DNA of 64,000 nt from contig JAIVFI010000043.1 in assembly GCA_025558095.1 (NCBI GenBank), positions 310,001 to 374,000 of the forward strand, read 5' to 3'. The position numbers and the translations under genes were made by a program. The notes beneath the pieces were generated by a model. It was not told where the DNA came from and made no database searches. It was given only the letters and a program-made list of their open reading frames with translations. Of this stretch, positions 51,235 to 59,670 are shown piece after piece (within the stretch, counting starts at the first letter, position 1; every line of letters begins with the position of its first letter). This stretch comes from Hyaloraphidium curvatum SAG 235-1 (Eukaryota; Fungi; Monoblepharomycota).

Positions 51235-53373
51235 ATGGACCCCCCTGACACAGGGCAGGGGCCCAATGATGCGGCCGCTCCCGTGGTCCTGCCTGATGGC
51301 AAGGTCTCCCCTGCGCTCGCCGCGGCCTCCTCGGAGGCGCTTGCGAATCCCGTCCACTCTTCCCACGCTCCCGGCGTCGCTGCCTCTCCTCGCCTCCCTG
51401 GCGCGGCAGAGGAGCCCGCGCCGGCCCCCGCTGGTGCTACGGCTCAGCTGACAGGTTCTAAGGAGGACGCTGCTGAATCGACCACTGAAATCCGCCCCGC
51501 GTCCGCCAACGGCGGCGCCCGGGAGGAGCCGGCTCCGCAGAATCGTCTCCCGAAAGCAACCGCCCCCGCCACGCGCCTGGGGTCTCGCTCTTTCGCCGCA
51601 GCAACGTCGCGCACCTCGCCCGACCGCCCGATTGTTCGTGTCACGGACGGCGCGATGGCGGAGCATCTGGCTTCTGCCATGCCTTTCTCGGCGCCCACCA
51701 ACTACGCCAAGCTCATCGATCGGGTGCAACCGCACGCCAACGGTCGGGGCTACACGCCGGCCTTCATTGGGCCTGTCCCCCACTGCCTCATCGACCTCAA
51801 CGGTGTGCCAAAGGACCGACGGCGCGTCGTCGCCGAAGCCGTGGCGAAGGCGACCTTCCCCACCACCGTCTTCACGACCGAGACGCGAGGCTACAACCCG
51901 CGTTACTCGCGACTGGACCTCTTCTGTGTTGTTGGTGCTGTCGACGGGGCAGACGCTATCAACGCCTTGGTGGAGCAGGGGGTGCTGGAGGTCAAGTTCC
52001 CAAACGGCCCGACGCGTCGGCTGCGCATCCACCCTGTCTTCAAGGACACGCACGCCGAGCTCAAGATCGGGCCCATGATCGTCCCTGGTTCGGTGCACAA
52101 GTGCCCGGACTGGTGGGCCCGCCTCTACGCGACTTTCCAGAACCACTATGGGGCCCCTTGCCAAGTCATTGAAGCGGCTCCCATCTCGGGCACCGACAGC
52201 AACGCCTTCTGGCGGGTCACTTTCGACGTCTCGCAGTGCGGGGTTGATGCCTTCTTTGACCGCGCAGCACGCATTGGCCCACCCTCGTACTGCTTCCTTG
52301 ACTCGTGGGGGACACTCCTCCAGCACAAGCTCCTTCGCCCAGCTGTCCGCTATGACAGTAGCAACGGACAGTGCGGCCACTGCAAGCGCACGGGCGGCCA
52401 CGTCGGTGACGATGCCACGTGCACCAACTGTGCTTACTGCCCAGACGGTCTCAACCGCATGAATCCCGGCGCCTTTGCCAGCCCGCAAGCACGCCGTGCG
52501 CACGAGGCGGACTGCATTCACAACCCGGCCAACGTACGGCTCTCTCCCCCAACGGTGGAGCCCGCCACGACCCCGCGGCTGCCCCCCCTGAGGGAAGAGG
52601 TCGTTCCTCCGCATCTGGCTTCCCCCACCGCCCCTGCGGCCAACGAGTGGCTTACAGCTGGGCCGTCCGGCAAGCGCGCAGGCTCTGCGCCCCCAGCTCT
52701 TGCCCAGCCAGTGGCCAAGGCGTCCCACAACAGGTTTTCGGCACTCGGTGGTGGTGGTGCCGGTGCTTCGGTCGATTGGGGGGAGTCTGACGCCGCCGAA
52801 AAGATGGATTTCCATGGTCTTCCCATTTTGGAGCCGGCTGACAAGGATGGGGACGAGGACATGGGTGGTGCCGACCAGCTGGCCGCTGAGAACGCCATCA
52901 GCAGTGCTGCACAGCAGGTTGCAGCCAATACCGCGCTGGAGGATCTGGAGCTTGCTGCTCCCGCAATGGAGGGCACGGAATCTGCGATGGAGGAGGATGC
53001 CACCGGCTCTGAGGCCTCGGGTGGAAACGACGCCGCCTCCGAAGCCTCTGCTGAGGGCGATGGTTCGAACTCGGAGGCACCAAGCGAAGACATGCACACG
53101 GCCGATGAGGCCGCTGGGGCATCCGCGGTTGGTGATCCTACGATGGCCCCAGGCCCCAAGCACGCAGGCAAGGGCCGTCCCGTGGAGGATGTGGCAGGGA
53201 CAAACCCGGACAAGGTTGCCAAGCCGTATCAGCAAATCGACGTCAAATCCGCCAAAGCGGAACGGAAGGCCAAGGCGGCCGTTCGCAAGCTCGGCTCCCC
53301 CCAGGCCAAGGCCGCCTCCACGTCAACCGGATCCCTGCTGCCGGCTCCTGGCTCACCGTCCTTGAATGCCTAA
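51235..53373 (+). CDS. Retrotransposon ORF1 (gag-like, Cys/His knuckle)
   Basis: RSFAAAT, CGHCKRTGGH...CTNCAYC...H...C, NRFSAL, acidic then basic tail. Confidence 0.7.
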   Translation: MDPPDTGQGPNDAAAPVVLPDGKVSPALAAASSEALANPVHSSHAPGVAASPRLPGAAEEPAPAPAGATAQLTGSKEDAAESTTEIRPASANGGAREEPAPQNRLPKATAPATRLGSRSFAAATSRTSPDRPIVRVTDGAMAEHLASAMPFSAPTNYAKLIDRVQPHANGRGYTPAFIGPVPHCLIDLNGVPKDRRRVVAEAVAKATFPTTVFTTETRGYNPRYSRLDLFCVVGAVDGADAINALVEQGVLEVKFPNGPTRRLRIHPVFKDTHAELKIGPMIVPGSVHKCPDWWARLYATFQNHYGAPCQVIEAAPISGTDSNAFWRVTFDVSQCGVDAFFDRAARIGPPSYCFLDSWGTLLQHKLLRPAVRYDSSNGQCGHCKRTGGHVGDDATCTNCAYCPDGLNRMNPGAFASPQARRAHEADCIHNPANVRLSPPTVEPATTPRLPPLREEVVPPHLASPTAPAANEWLTAGPSGKRAGSAPPALAQPVAKASHNRFSALGGGGAGASVDWGESDAAEKMDFHGLPILEPADKDGDEDMGGADQLAAENAISSAAQQVAANTALEDLELAAPAMEGTESAMEEDATGSEASGGNDAASEASAEGDGSNSEAPSEDMHTADEAAGASAVGDPTMAPGPKHAGKGRPVEDVAGTNPDKVAKPYQQIDVKSAKAERKAKAAVRKLGSPQAKAASTSTGSLLPAPGSPSLNA

Positions 53374-54217
53374 AACACCACCAAGCAAGTGGCAACGCCG
53401 AGTAGTGGGCTGCTCTTCTCGGCGCCGAGCTCGTCCGGATACCTCCCGGGCGCGGTCAGCCCCTCCATCTTTTGCTGTTTTGCAGTCTTCACCGGTACGC
53501 CAACTACCACTATCTACAACGTCTCACCGAGTTCCGAGGCCGTTCGCGGCAGCAGGGGAGACTTCCGACATTGACCCCGCGTCCCCCGGGGCCCCTCGGC
53601 CAAATGCCGTGCCTAGCTTGGCCGAGGGTCACACTATGCCCACGCCACCCCGCGGCTCCTCCCGCTTGCCGGCACCGGCGGGGGGGAAAGGGGCGGCACG
53701 CTCGGAAGTATCTCCCTCCTCGTCATCGCCGATCTTGATCGCTGATGCCCCGGCTTCGGCCGCCTCCATGCTCTCGGCGCACCCAGGCCATCCTCTGTGG
53801 GAAACCCCAGCTGCAACCGCCGTGCCGAGCTTGCAGCTGCCGCCTGCGCCGCCCCGCACAACCCCCGGCACGCCGCCGGCACCAACGGCCGGGGGGGGGC
53901 AGAGCTCCTCGGAAGTATCCACTCCGACGCGCACCTTGCCTCCTTGGTATGCTCACACGGAGCCCGGTTCGCCGGCGCACCTCGAATGGCCAGGTTCCGA
54001 ACTCCTCGATGACGGCGGCCGTGATGCTATCGGTGACGCGTGGTCGGCACTTGCGGCCTGGCACAGGGCGGGGGGCGACCTGACCGAGTCACAGGAGGTT
54101 TGGATGCGGACACATGCGCTCGACGATTGGGATATCTCGTCGGACAAAGCACCGTCCGCGGTAGCTGATCCTGGCGGCGGGACACCGGCATCGCCGCCGC
54201 CACCGTATTCGCCATGA
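53366..54217 (+). CDS. Retrotransposon middle ORF, Pro/Ser-rich with Trp-rich C-terminal segment, function unknown
   Basis: ATG overlaps the ORF1 end by 8 nt; its stop overlaps the next start as ATGA. Confidence 0.5.
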   Translation: MPKTPPSKWQRRVVGCSSRRRARPDTSRARSAPPSFAVLQSSPVRQLPLSTTSHRVPRPFAAAGETSDIDPASPGAPRPNAVPSLAEGHTMPTPPRGSSRLPAPAGGKGAARSEVSPSSSSPILIADAPASAASMLSAHPGHPLWETPAATAVPSLQLPPAPPRTTPGTPPAPTAGGGQSSSEVSTPTRTLPPWYAHTEPGSPAHLEWPGSELLDDGGRDAIGDAWSALAAWHRAGGDLTESQEVWMRTHALDDWDISSDKAPSAVADPGGGTPASPPPPYSP

Positions 54218-57200
54218 GCCGCACGCCGCTCCTGCCTTACAGCTGCCACCGCTGCGCGGCAGCTTTCGCCAACATCGGAGCTCTATCTCATCATCACCAA
54301 TCTTGCATCGACGGCGATGTGCCGATGGCGGAGGCGCCTGCTGAACCCGGCCTCCATGCGTGCCCGGTTGATGGTTGCCGCTTCCAGCCAACTCCAAACA
54401 AAAACAAACGGGACGGTCATCTTCGGGTCACACGGAGCCCGGAGCACTGGTTGGCGATGCAGCGCCTGTCTGCCGATGCGTTGCGCGCCATGGGGCTCGC
54501 GCGGTGCGGGGGTTGCCGGCGTCCCTACGCCGCAAACGCCTCTGGTGCCGGTGTTTCTGGACAGCACACCTCGTGCAACCCGGACGCAGCTAACCCACCA
54601 CTCGGCGTCTCTTTAGCTTCGCTTCCACCCGATCTCGTCGAGTTCCTCGACCGCGTGCGTGCCGAGCGGGCGGCTGCCACGGGACGCGCGGAGGGACCGG
54701 CGTCACCGGCGGCATCGTCGGCATCTTCCCGTGCTTCGCCACCCGCGCCCGCGCTGATGGCGGCCCTTGCGGCCGCCCGGGTTGCGGCCGACGCCCCGCA
54801 GGACGTCCAGGCGCAACGGGCGGCGCTGGCGGCGGCGGCGGCGGCGGCGCGTGCCGCCCCGGACGGCGGTGATCCCCCAGGCGGCGACGGCGCGCCGGGC
54901 GGCAACGCCGCGGCTGGCGGACACGGCAACGGCGGTGATCCGGGCGACCCAGGCGACGGTGGTCCACCCGGGGGTCCCGGGCCTGATCCGCCGCCGGGCG
55001 GGGGCGCGGGGGCGCCGCCGCCGGAGCCGCTGAAGCACCGCTACCGGACCACCACCTGGAGCACGCTCGCCTTCCGGGCCAGCGAGTCTTTCCAACGGGC
55101 CTACGAGGACCCGGCGGCACCGGAAACCGACCTGCACCGCACTCTCACCGCCTACCTTGCGTTTGGCGGCTACGTCATGTCGGGGGACTACATGTTCGAG
55201 CAGAACTACTTCGCCGCCCGTCAGGTCAACCGGGGCGCGCGGCGGGACGGGCTGCGGCCGCTCAACTACCAGCTCTTCAAGGCCATCGTGCTTGCCGCCT
55301 TGAAGGGCGCTCCTGGTGCTGCGTCCGCGGCGCTCTCGGGGGAGGCCGTTCCGGCTGGCTTCACGCCCACGCTGCAGGCGGAACTGGAGGAGCTGTACCC
55401 GGGGCCGCGGGAGGGAGAGCCGCTGTGTCGGCTGTCTCTGCCCCCCAACGCGCCCGCGCCCTGCCCTGCCTACACGGACGCGGCTTTCCTGGAGGACATC
55501 TGGGCCCGGTTGCGCCGGAAGAAGGACGGCGTGGGGGCCGGCATGTCGGGTTTCAGCATGGCCAAACTTTTCATCGTGCACAACTGCGAGAACGACGCGA
55601 CGCGGCGGAAGCTCCGCCCGCTGGCGGCCATGGTGCACGGCGTGTGCACTGGCCGACTCGACACCCCCATGCTCCGGCCGCTCCTCACGGATCAAATCCT
55701 CGTCCCTCTGCTCAAGCCGGAGGGGGGGCTCCGGCCGATTGGCATTATGGAGGGCATCACGCGGCTCGCAGGCTCGTACCTGGCCGTGCGGCACAAGGCT
55801 CTTCTGAGGAAGCTCCAACAGCAGGAGGACCTGGGTCACGGGGTGGACGGGGGCGCGGAGGCGACCGCCCACGCGGTGAACGCGTGGCTGGCGGCCTTCC
55901 CCGACCACGTCGTCATGAAGGTCGACTCTAGGAACGCCTTCAATACGCTGCGCCGCCTCTTCGCGCGCGAGGTGGTCCGCCAGGTGCCTCAGCTTATCCC
56001 GTACTACAACCTCGTTTACTCGCGCCCTTCCCACGCCTACTTCCGCGACCGGCGCTCGGCGGAGCTCCTTTTCCGGATCACCATGTACGAGGGCAACATC
56101 CAGGGCGACCCGCTGTCGTCTGCCATCTTCTCCTGCGCCATGAGCCGCATGCTGCGGCCCATCCGCTCTGGGCACCCCGACTGCCTCATCCTTGGGTACC
56201 TCGACGACCTCACCGTGGTCGGGCCGCTGGACTCGGTCATGGCCGTCCTGGGAGAGGTGCGTGACGGCCTTGCTTCCCTCGGCATGACCCACCGCCCGGA
56301 CAAGAGCTACCTGCTTTCGCTCTCGACGAACCCGGCCGTGCTGGAGCGGGTGCGCGCGGCCGGTGCGGCCCACAACATCCGCGTCGCTGGCTTCCCGCCT
56401 CACGAGGCCGACCCCGAGGTGCATGCCACGGCGTCGGCCCCGGGCTCGCCTGACTTCGCTCGCTCGTGCGGCCTCAAGGTGGTAGGTGCCCCGGTCGGCA
56501 CCCCTGCCTATGTGGAGTCGTTCCTCGCGGCCAAGATCGACTCCATTGCCGCTCTTCTCGATGAAATCGAGCGCGCTGCGCTCGGCTACGCCATGCCGGC
56601 CGACATCCCCTCCCTCCAGGGCCTGTACTCCCTCCTCCGTCTCTGTGTGACCCAGTTCTTCTCGTTTTGGCTCCGCATTCTCCCCCCCTCGGTTACCCAA
56701 CCCTTTGCTCGACGTCTTGACAACGCGCTTTTCACCACCTTCTTGCGCTTGCTGGGAGATCGGGCCGAGGATCTGGATCCGCTGTCGGTGGAGGGTCGGA
56801 CTGTGCGGGAGCAGGTATTCTTGGGTCTGCACTACTCGGGGATGGGGCTTCTGTCATCGGAGAAGGTGGCCTCGGCGGCTTACCTGTCTTCACTCAACCT
56901 CACGGCGGGCCCCTTGGACGCCATGCTTGGTCTTCGAACCTCGGCCCGGGATGTGGGCGTGGAGCACGTGCGGGAACTGGTTCCCGTCATCGAGGCCCTC
57001 CGCCCCGCCTTTGAGCGTGTCGAGGATGACACGGCCGCAGCGTACGCCGAGGCTGCGCGTGCTGGGCAACCGGTGGGCGCCGCGCCCGCCCGCCGTACGC
57101 TCCCTGCGGACGCCAGTTTCTTCGCCCAGCCGGTCTGGCACGGCCTGCAGAGCGACCTTACGCGTCTCGAGGACCAGCGCCGCCTCGCGGCTCTGATTGC

Positions 57201-57333
57201 CTTGCAACCCGCCACTTCCGCTGGTCTGGAGCGCCGCAAGCGGCTCGTCCAGGCGCAGGACGGCCTGTCGGCTTTCCTGACTGCCTCTCCCGCGCTGCTT
57301 GCCAACCACATTCGCAACAACTTTTTCCGCTTA
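54214..57333 (+). CDS. Zinc-finger + reverse transcriptase ORF (CRE-type), truncated before the CCHC/RLE domain
   Basis: N-terminal CHRC..F.....L.HH and CPVDGC fingers; RT motifs incl. YLDD; codons after 57333 read into the LTR. Confidence 0.9.
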
Positions 57334-57809
57334 TGCGAAGGTACAGGACGTCTGACATTCGGACAAGGGTATTTTCATTTTCGGTTCGGAGGCGTGGAGG
57401 CGTCGGTCCTCGCGATCGACTCGTGATCGACTCGCGATCGACTCGCGAGTGACTCGCGAGTCACTCGCGAGCGACTCGCGAGCGACTCGCAAGTGACTCG
57501 GCACAGCCACCCTCCTGGGATATATAAAGAGCGGGACATGTAACAGTACAATCTTGATCGCCAGTTGACTCTACGTGCTCTCCGTGTCGTTCGACCACCG
57601 TGCGGAACCCCGCCCGGCCGGATCCTCGTTCTGAGAGCCCTTGGGACGCACCCCGGGAGACATCCCGTAACCTCTTTCCCCCGGCTACAGTCAAGTATCT
57701 TCAGCGCTGTTCGCTTATTCATATTCAGGGCCTATCCGACCCGAAGAGCCGAGCGGGATTCGCGCGCCGGGTTAGAGCTTCAGGCCCGGTTCCGACCCGG
57801 ACCGTCGCA
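57334..57809 (+). repeat. 5' LTR (~476 bp)
   Basis: Starts TGCGAAGGT and ends ACCGTCGCA (TG..CA, imperfect terminal inverted repeat); TATATAAA at 57521-28; followed 1 nt later by TGG. The second LTR is not in the window. Confidence 0.8.
57411..57500. repeat. 11-nt tandem repeat (GACTCGCGAnn, ~8 copies) in LTR U3
   Basis: Directly visible; core TCGCGA / ACTCGCGAGT is palindromic. Confidence 0.9.
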
Positions 57810-57810
57810 C

Positions 57811-57821
57811 TGGTCCGACCT
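57811..57821 (+). promoter_or_regulatory. Primer-binding site, tRNA-Tyr-like
   Basis: TGGTCCGACCT is complementary to ...AGGUCGGACCA, a tRNA-Tyr(GUA) 3' end I recall from plants; the host tRNA was not checked. Confidence 0.65.
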
Positions 57822-57976
57822 CCGTGATCCTGCTCTCGGGTCTTCGACACCTCGTTCGACTTCAGTTTCGACTTCGATAATCCAAAAACAACTTCGCCTG
57901 GCACCGGCGCTTGTCGACTGCCACTCTTTTCTGTCAACCGTATTCCGTCAACCAAGTTCATTCCCCTTCGCCAAAC

Positions 57977-59632
57977 ATGGACCCCGTTCAAGAAGCCGCC
58001 CCTCAGCAGGAGGTTCAGCAGCCTCAGGAAGCTAACGATTTGCAGAACAACCCGCAGGCCCAGGCGATTATCCAAGCTGCGCAGGCCGCGATCCAGCAAG
58101 TCGGCGCCGCCGCCAACGACGTCGCCCAACTCGCCGCCCAGCAAGCCGCCCAGCAAGCCGTCGCCGATCAGCTTGCCGCTCAGCTCGTGGCGCAACAGAC
58201 CGCTCAGCAGTTGCCAGCTGCCCAAGTTCAACAGCAAGCCGCCGCCGAGCAGCTTGCAGCGCAGCAGCTCCAGCAGCTCGCCGCACAGCAGCAGGGTCAG
58301 CGGAGCGAGCAAGCCCCGGCTGTCAACGCTGCCGCCGCTGGTCTCCAGCCGCAGCAGTTCGTCGACGCCGTACGGGCCATCGTTGGCGCTCAGCCGCCGA
58401 ACGATGGAAGCACCGGCCTCCCCCAGGCGGATCGCCAGGGCGGAGCCGCCAAGCTCCCGGCTCAGCTGCTGCCTGCTTCTGTTCAGCCCTTCGATCCCGC
58501 TACGCAGGACCCGGAAGACTTCTTCCGCGACCTCACTACGGTTCTCACGGCGTTCGGCTCCATCAACAACCTCGTCAAGGTCTTCCCGGTCTTCCTTGGG
58601 CCTCTGCCGCGCGCAATGTGGCACAACATCACGCCGCAGAACCGCCCTCCGGACTATCCCGCGACGGCCACCTATCCTCCGGTGACCCAGAACGATGTGC
58701 TTGCCTGGCTACGCTACCACTTCGAGCCCCGCGACGCATCGATGCATTATCGCCGGCACTACAACACGATTCAGATGACCAACGATGAGACCCTCGACGC
58801 CTTCGTTGCCCGCGTATCCCTGGCCGAGACGCGTTTCCTCTCGCACTGCGGCGATCAGCTTCCTACCAGGGAAGTGCAAGACAGCGTGTACGGCCAGAAC
58901 CTGCTCTACGGACTGCGCCCGGAGCTACGCGGGAAGGCGCTGGAGCTCCTCGGGGATCACCTCATCAACCGCACTTCCGTCACCAAGGTCATCGAGAAGA
59001 TGCGCACCGTCATGCAAGCATCGGGCCCTGCGCAGCCGCGCGACATCCGTTTCCTGGGCCAGAACTCGATTTCGGAGATTCCGGCTCTGGTCGGCCAGCA
59101 CTCGTCTTCGGGCTCCTCCAAGGCGACCGACAAGGCGACGACGGAAGTGCTGCTGGCTCATACGCAGGCTCTCACAAAGCTGCTGGAGCCTAAGGGAGAG
59201 CGCAGGCCCACCGGTGGACCGCCGGGGGAGTCTGCGTTCCGGCCTCCGCGCCGTTTCGTCCCCTTCCAGTCTCGTCGGAGCCAGCCGTTGCCGCCTTCGG
59301 GGCCGAACAGCGACCTCGTCGAGATCAAGGAGCTCATCACCAAGCTGCTGCCGTCGCCTCGCCATCAGGTTCAGGCCGCGGAGACCAGGTCGAACCCCCC
59401 CGCGAGGCCTCCTCCGATCGATCGGCCCCGCCAGCAGCAGGAGCGCCAGGATCGCCGGCCCTTCACCTCGGAGTACCGCGACCAGAAGCGCTTCCAGCCT
59501 CGCCACTGCCATCTCTGTGGCATGGATGGGCATGCTCAGGACGAGTGCTGGGAGTTGGAGAAGAATGCCAACCGCCGCCCACTCAACTGGAAGTCTCGCC
59601 TCGGCAACACCCCTTCGATGCCAAAAAACTAG
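57977..59632 (+). CDS. gag: Gypsy Gag (Q/A-rich N-terminus, capsid-like region, CCHC knuckle)
   Basis: PFDP..QDPEDFF, IQMTNDETLDAFVARV, LYGLRPEL, CHLCGMDGHAQDEC. Confidence 0.9.
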   Translation: MDPVQEAAPQQEVQQPQEANDLQNNPQAQAIIQAAQAAIQQVGAAANDVAQLAAQQAAQQAVADQLAAQLVAQQTAQQLPAAQVQQQAAAEQLAAQQLQQLAAQQQGQRSEQAPAVNAAAAGLQPQQFVDAVRAIVGAQPPNDGSTGLPQADRQGGAAKLPAQLLPASVQPFDPATQDPEDFFRDLTTVLTAFGSINNLVKVFPVFLGPLPRAMWHNITPQNRPPDYPATATYPPVTQNDVLAWLRYHFEPRDASMHYRRHYNTIQMTNDETLDAFVARVSLAETRFLSHCGDQLPTREVQDSVYGQNLLYGLRPELRGKALELLGDHLINRTSVTKVIEKMRTVMQASGPAQPRDIRFLGQNSISEIPALVGQHSSSGSSKATDKATTEVLLAHTQALTKLLEPKGERRPTGGPPGESAFRPPRRFVPFQSRRSQPLPPSGPNSDLVEIKELITKLLPSPRHQVQAAETRSNPPARPPPIDRPRQQQERQDRRPFTSEYRDQKRFQPRHCHLCGMDGHAQDECWELEKNANRRPLNWKSRLGNTPSMPKN

Positions 59633-59670
59633 CTTTGCCCTCAGTGCCGCACGGCCATAGGGGGGCAGAG
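59623..59670 (+). promoter_or_regulatory. Programmed -1 ribosomal frameshift signal
   Basis: A_AAA_AAC immediately before the gag TAG; downstream stem TTTGCCCTC...GGGGGCAGA; the protease ORF is in the -1 frame. Confidence 0.8.

Larger units (their letters stand above)
51100..57333 (+). mobile_element. CRE-clade non-LTR retrotransposon with three ORFs, interrupted at 57333 by a Gypsy element
   Basis: Three intronless abutting ORFs; RT with GGLRPIGI, GAEA, KVDSRNAFN, QGDPLS, YLDD, VVGAPVG. Confidence 0.85.

Noticed and set aside
50598-57360. 9-bp inverted match GAATGTCAG / CTGACATTC flanking the non-LTR region as terminal inverted repeats
   Set aside because: Too short; the right copy lies inside the Gypsy LTR; no transposase present.
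57411-57500. CRISPR-like array
   Set aside because: 11-nt tandem units without spacers, inside an LTR of a eukaryote.
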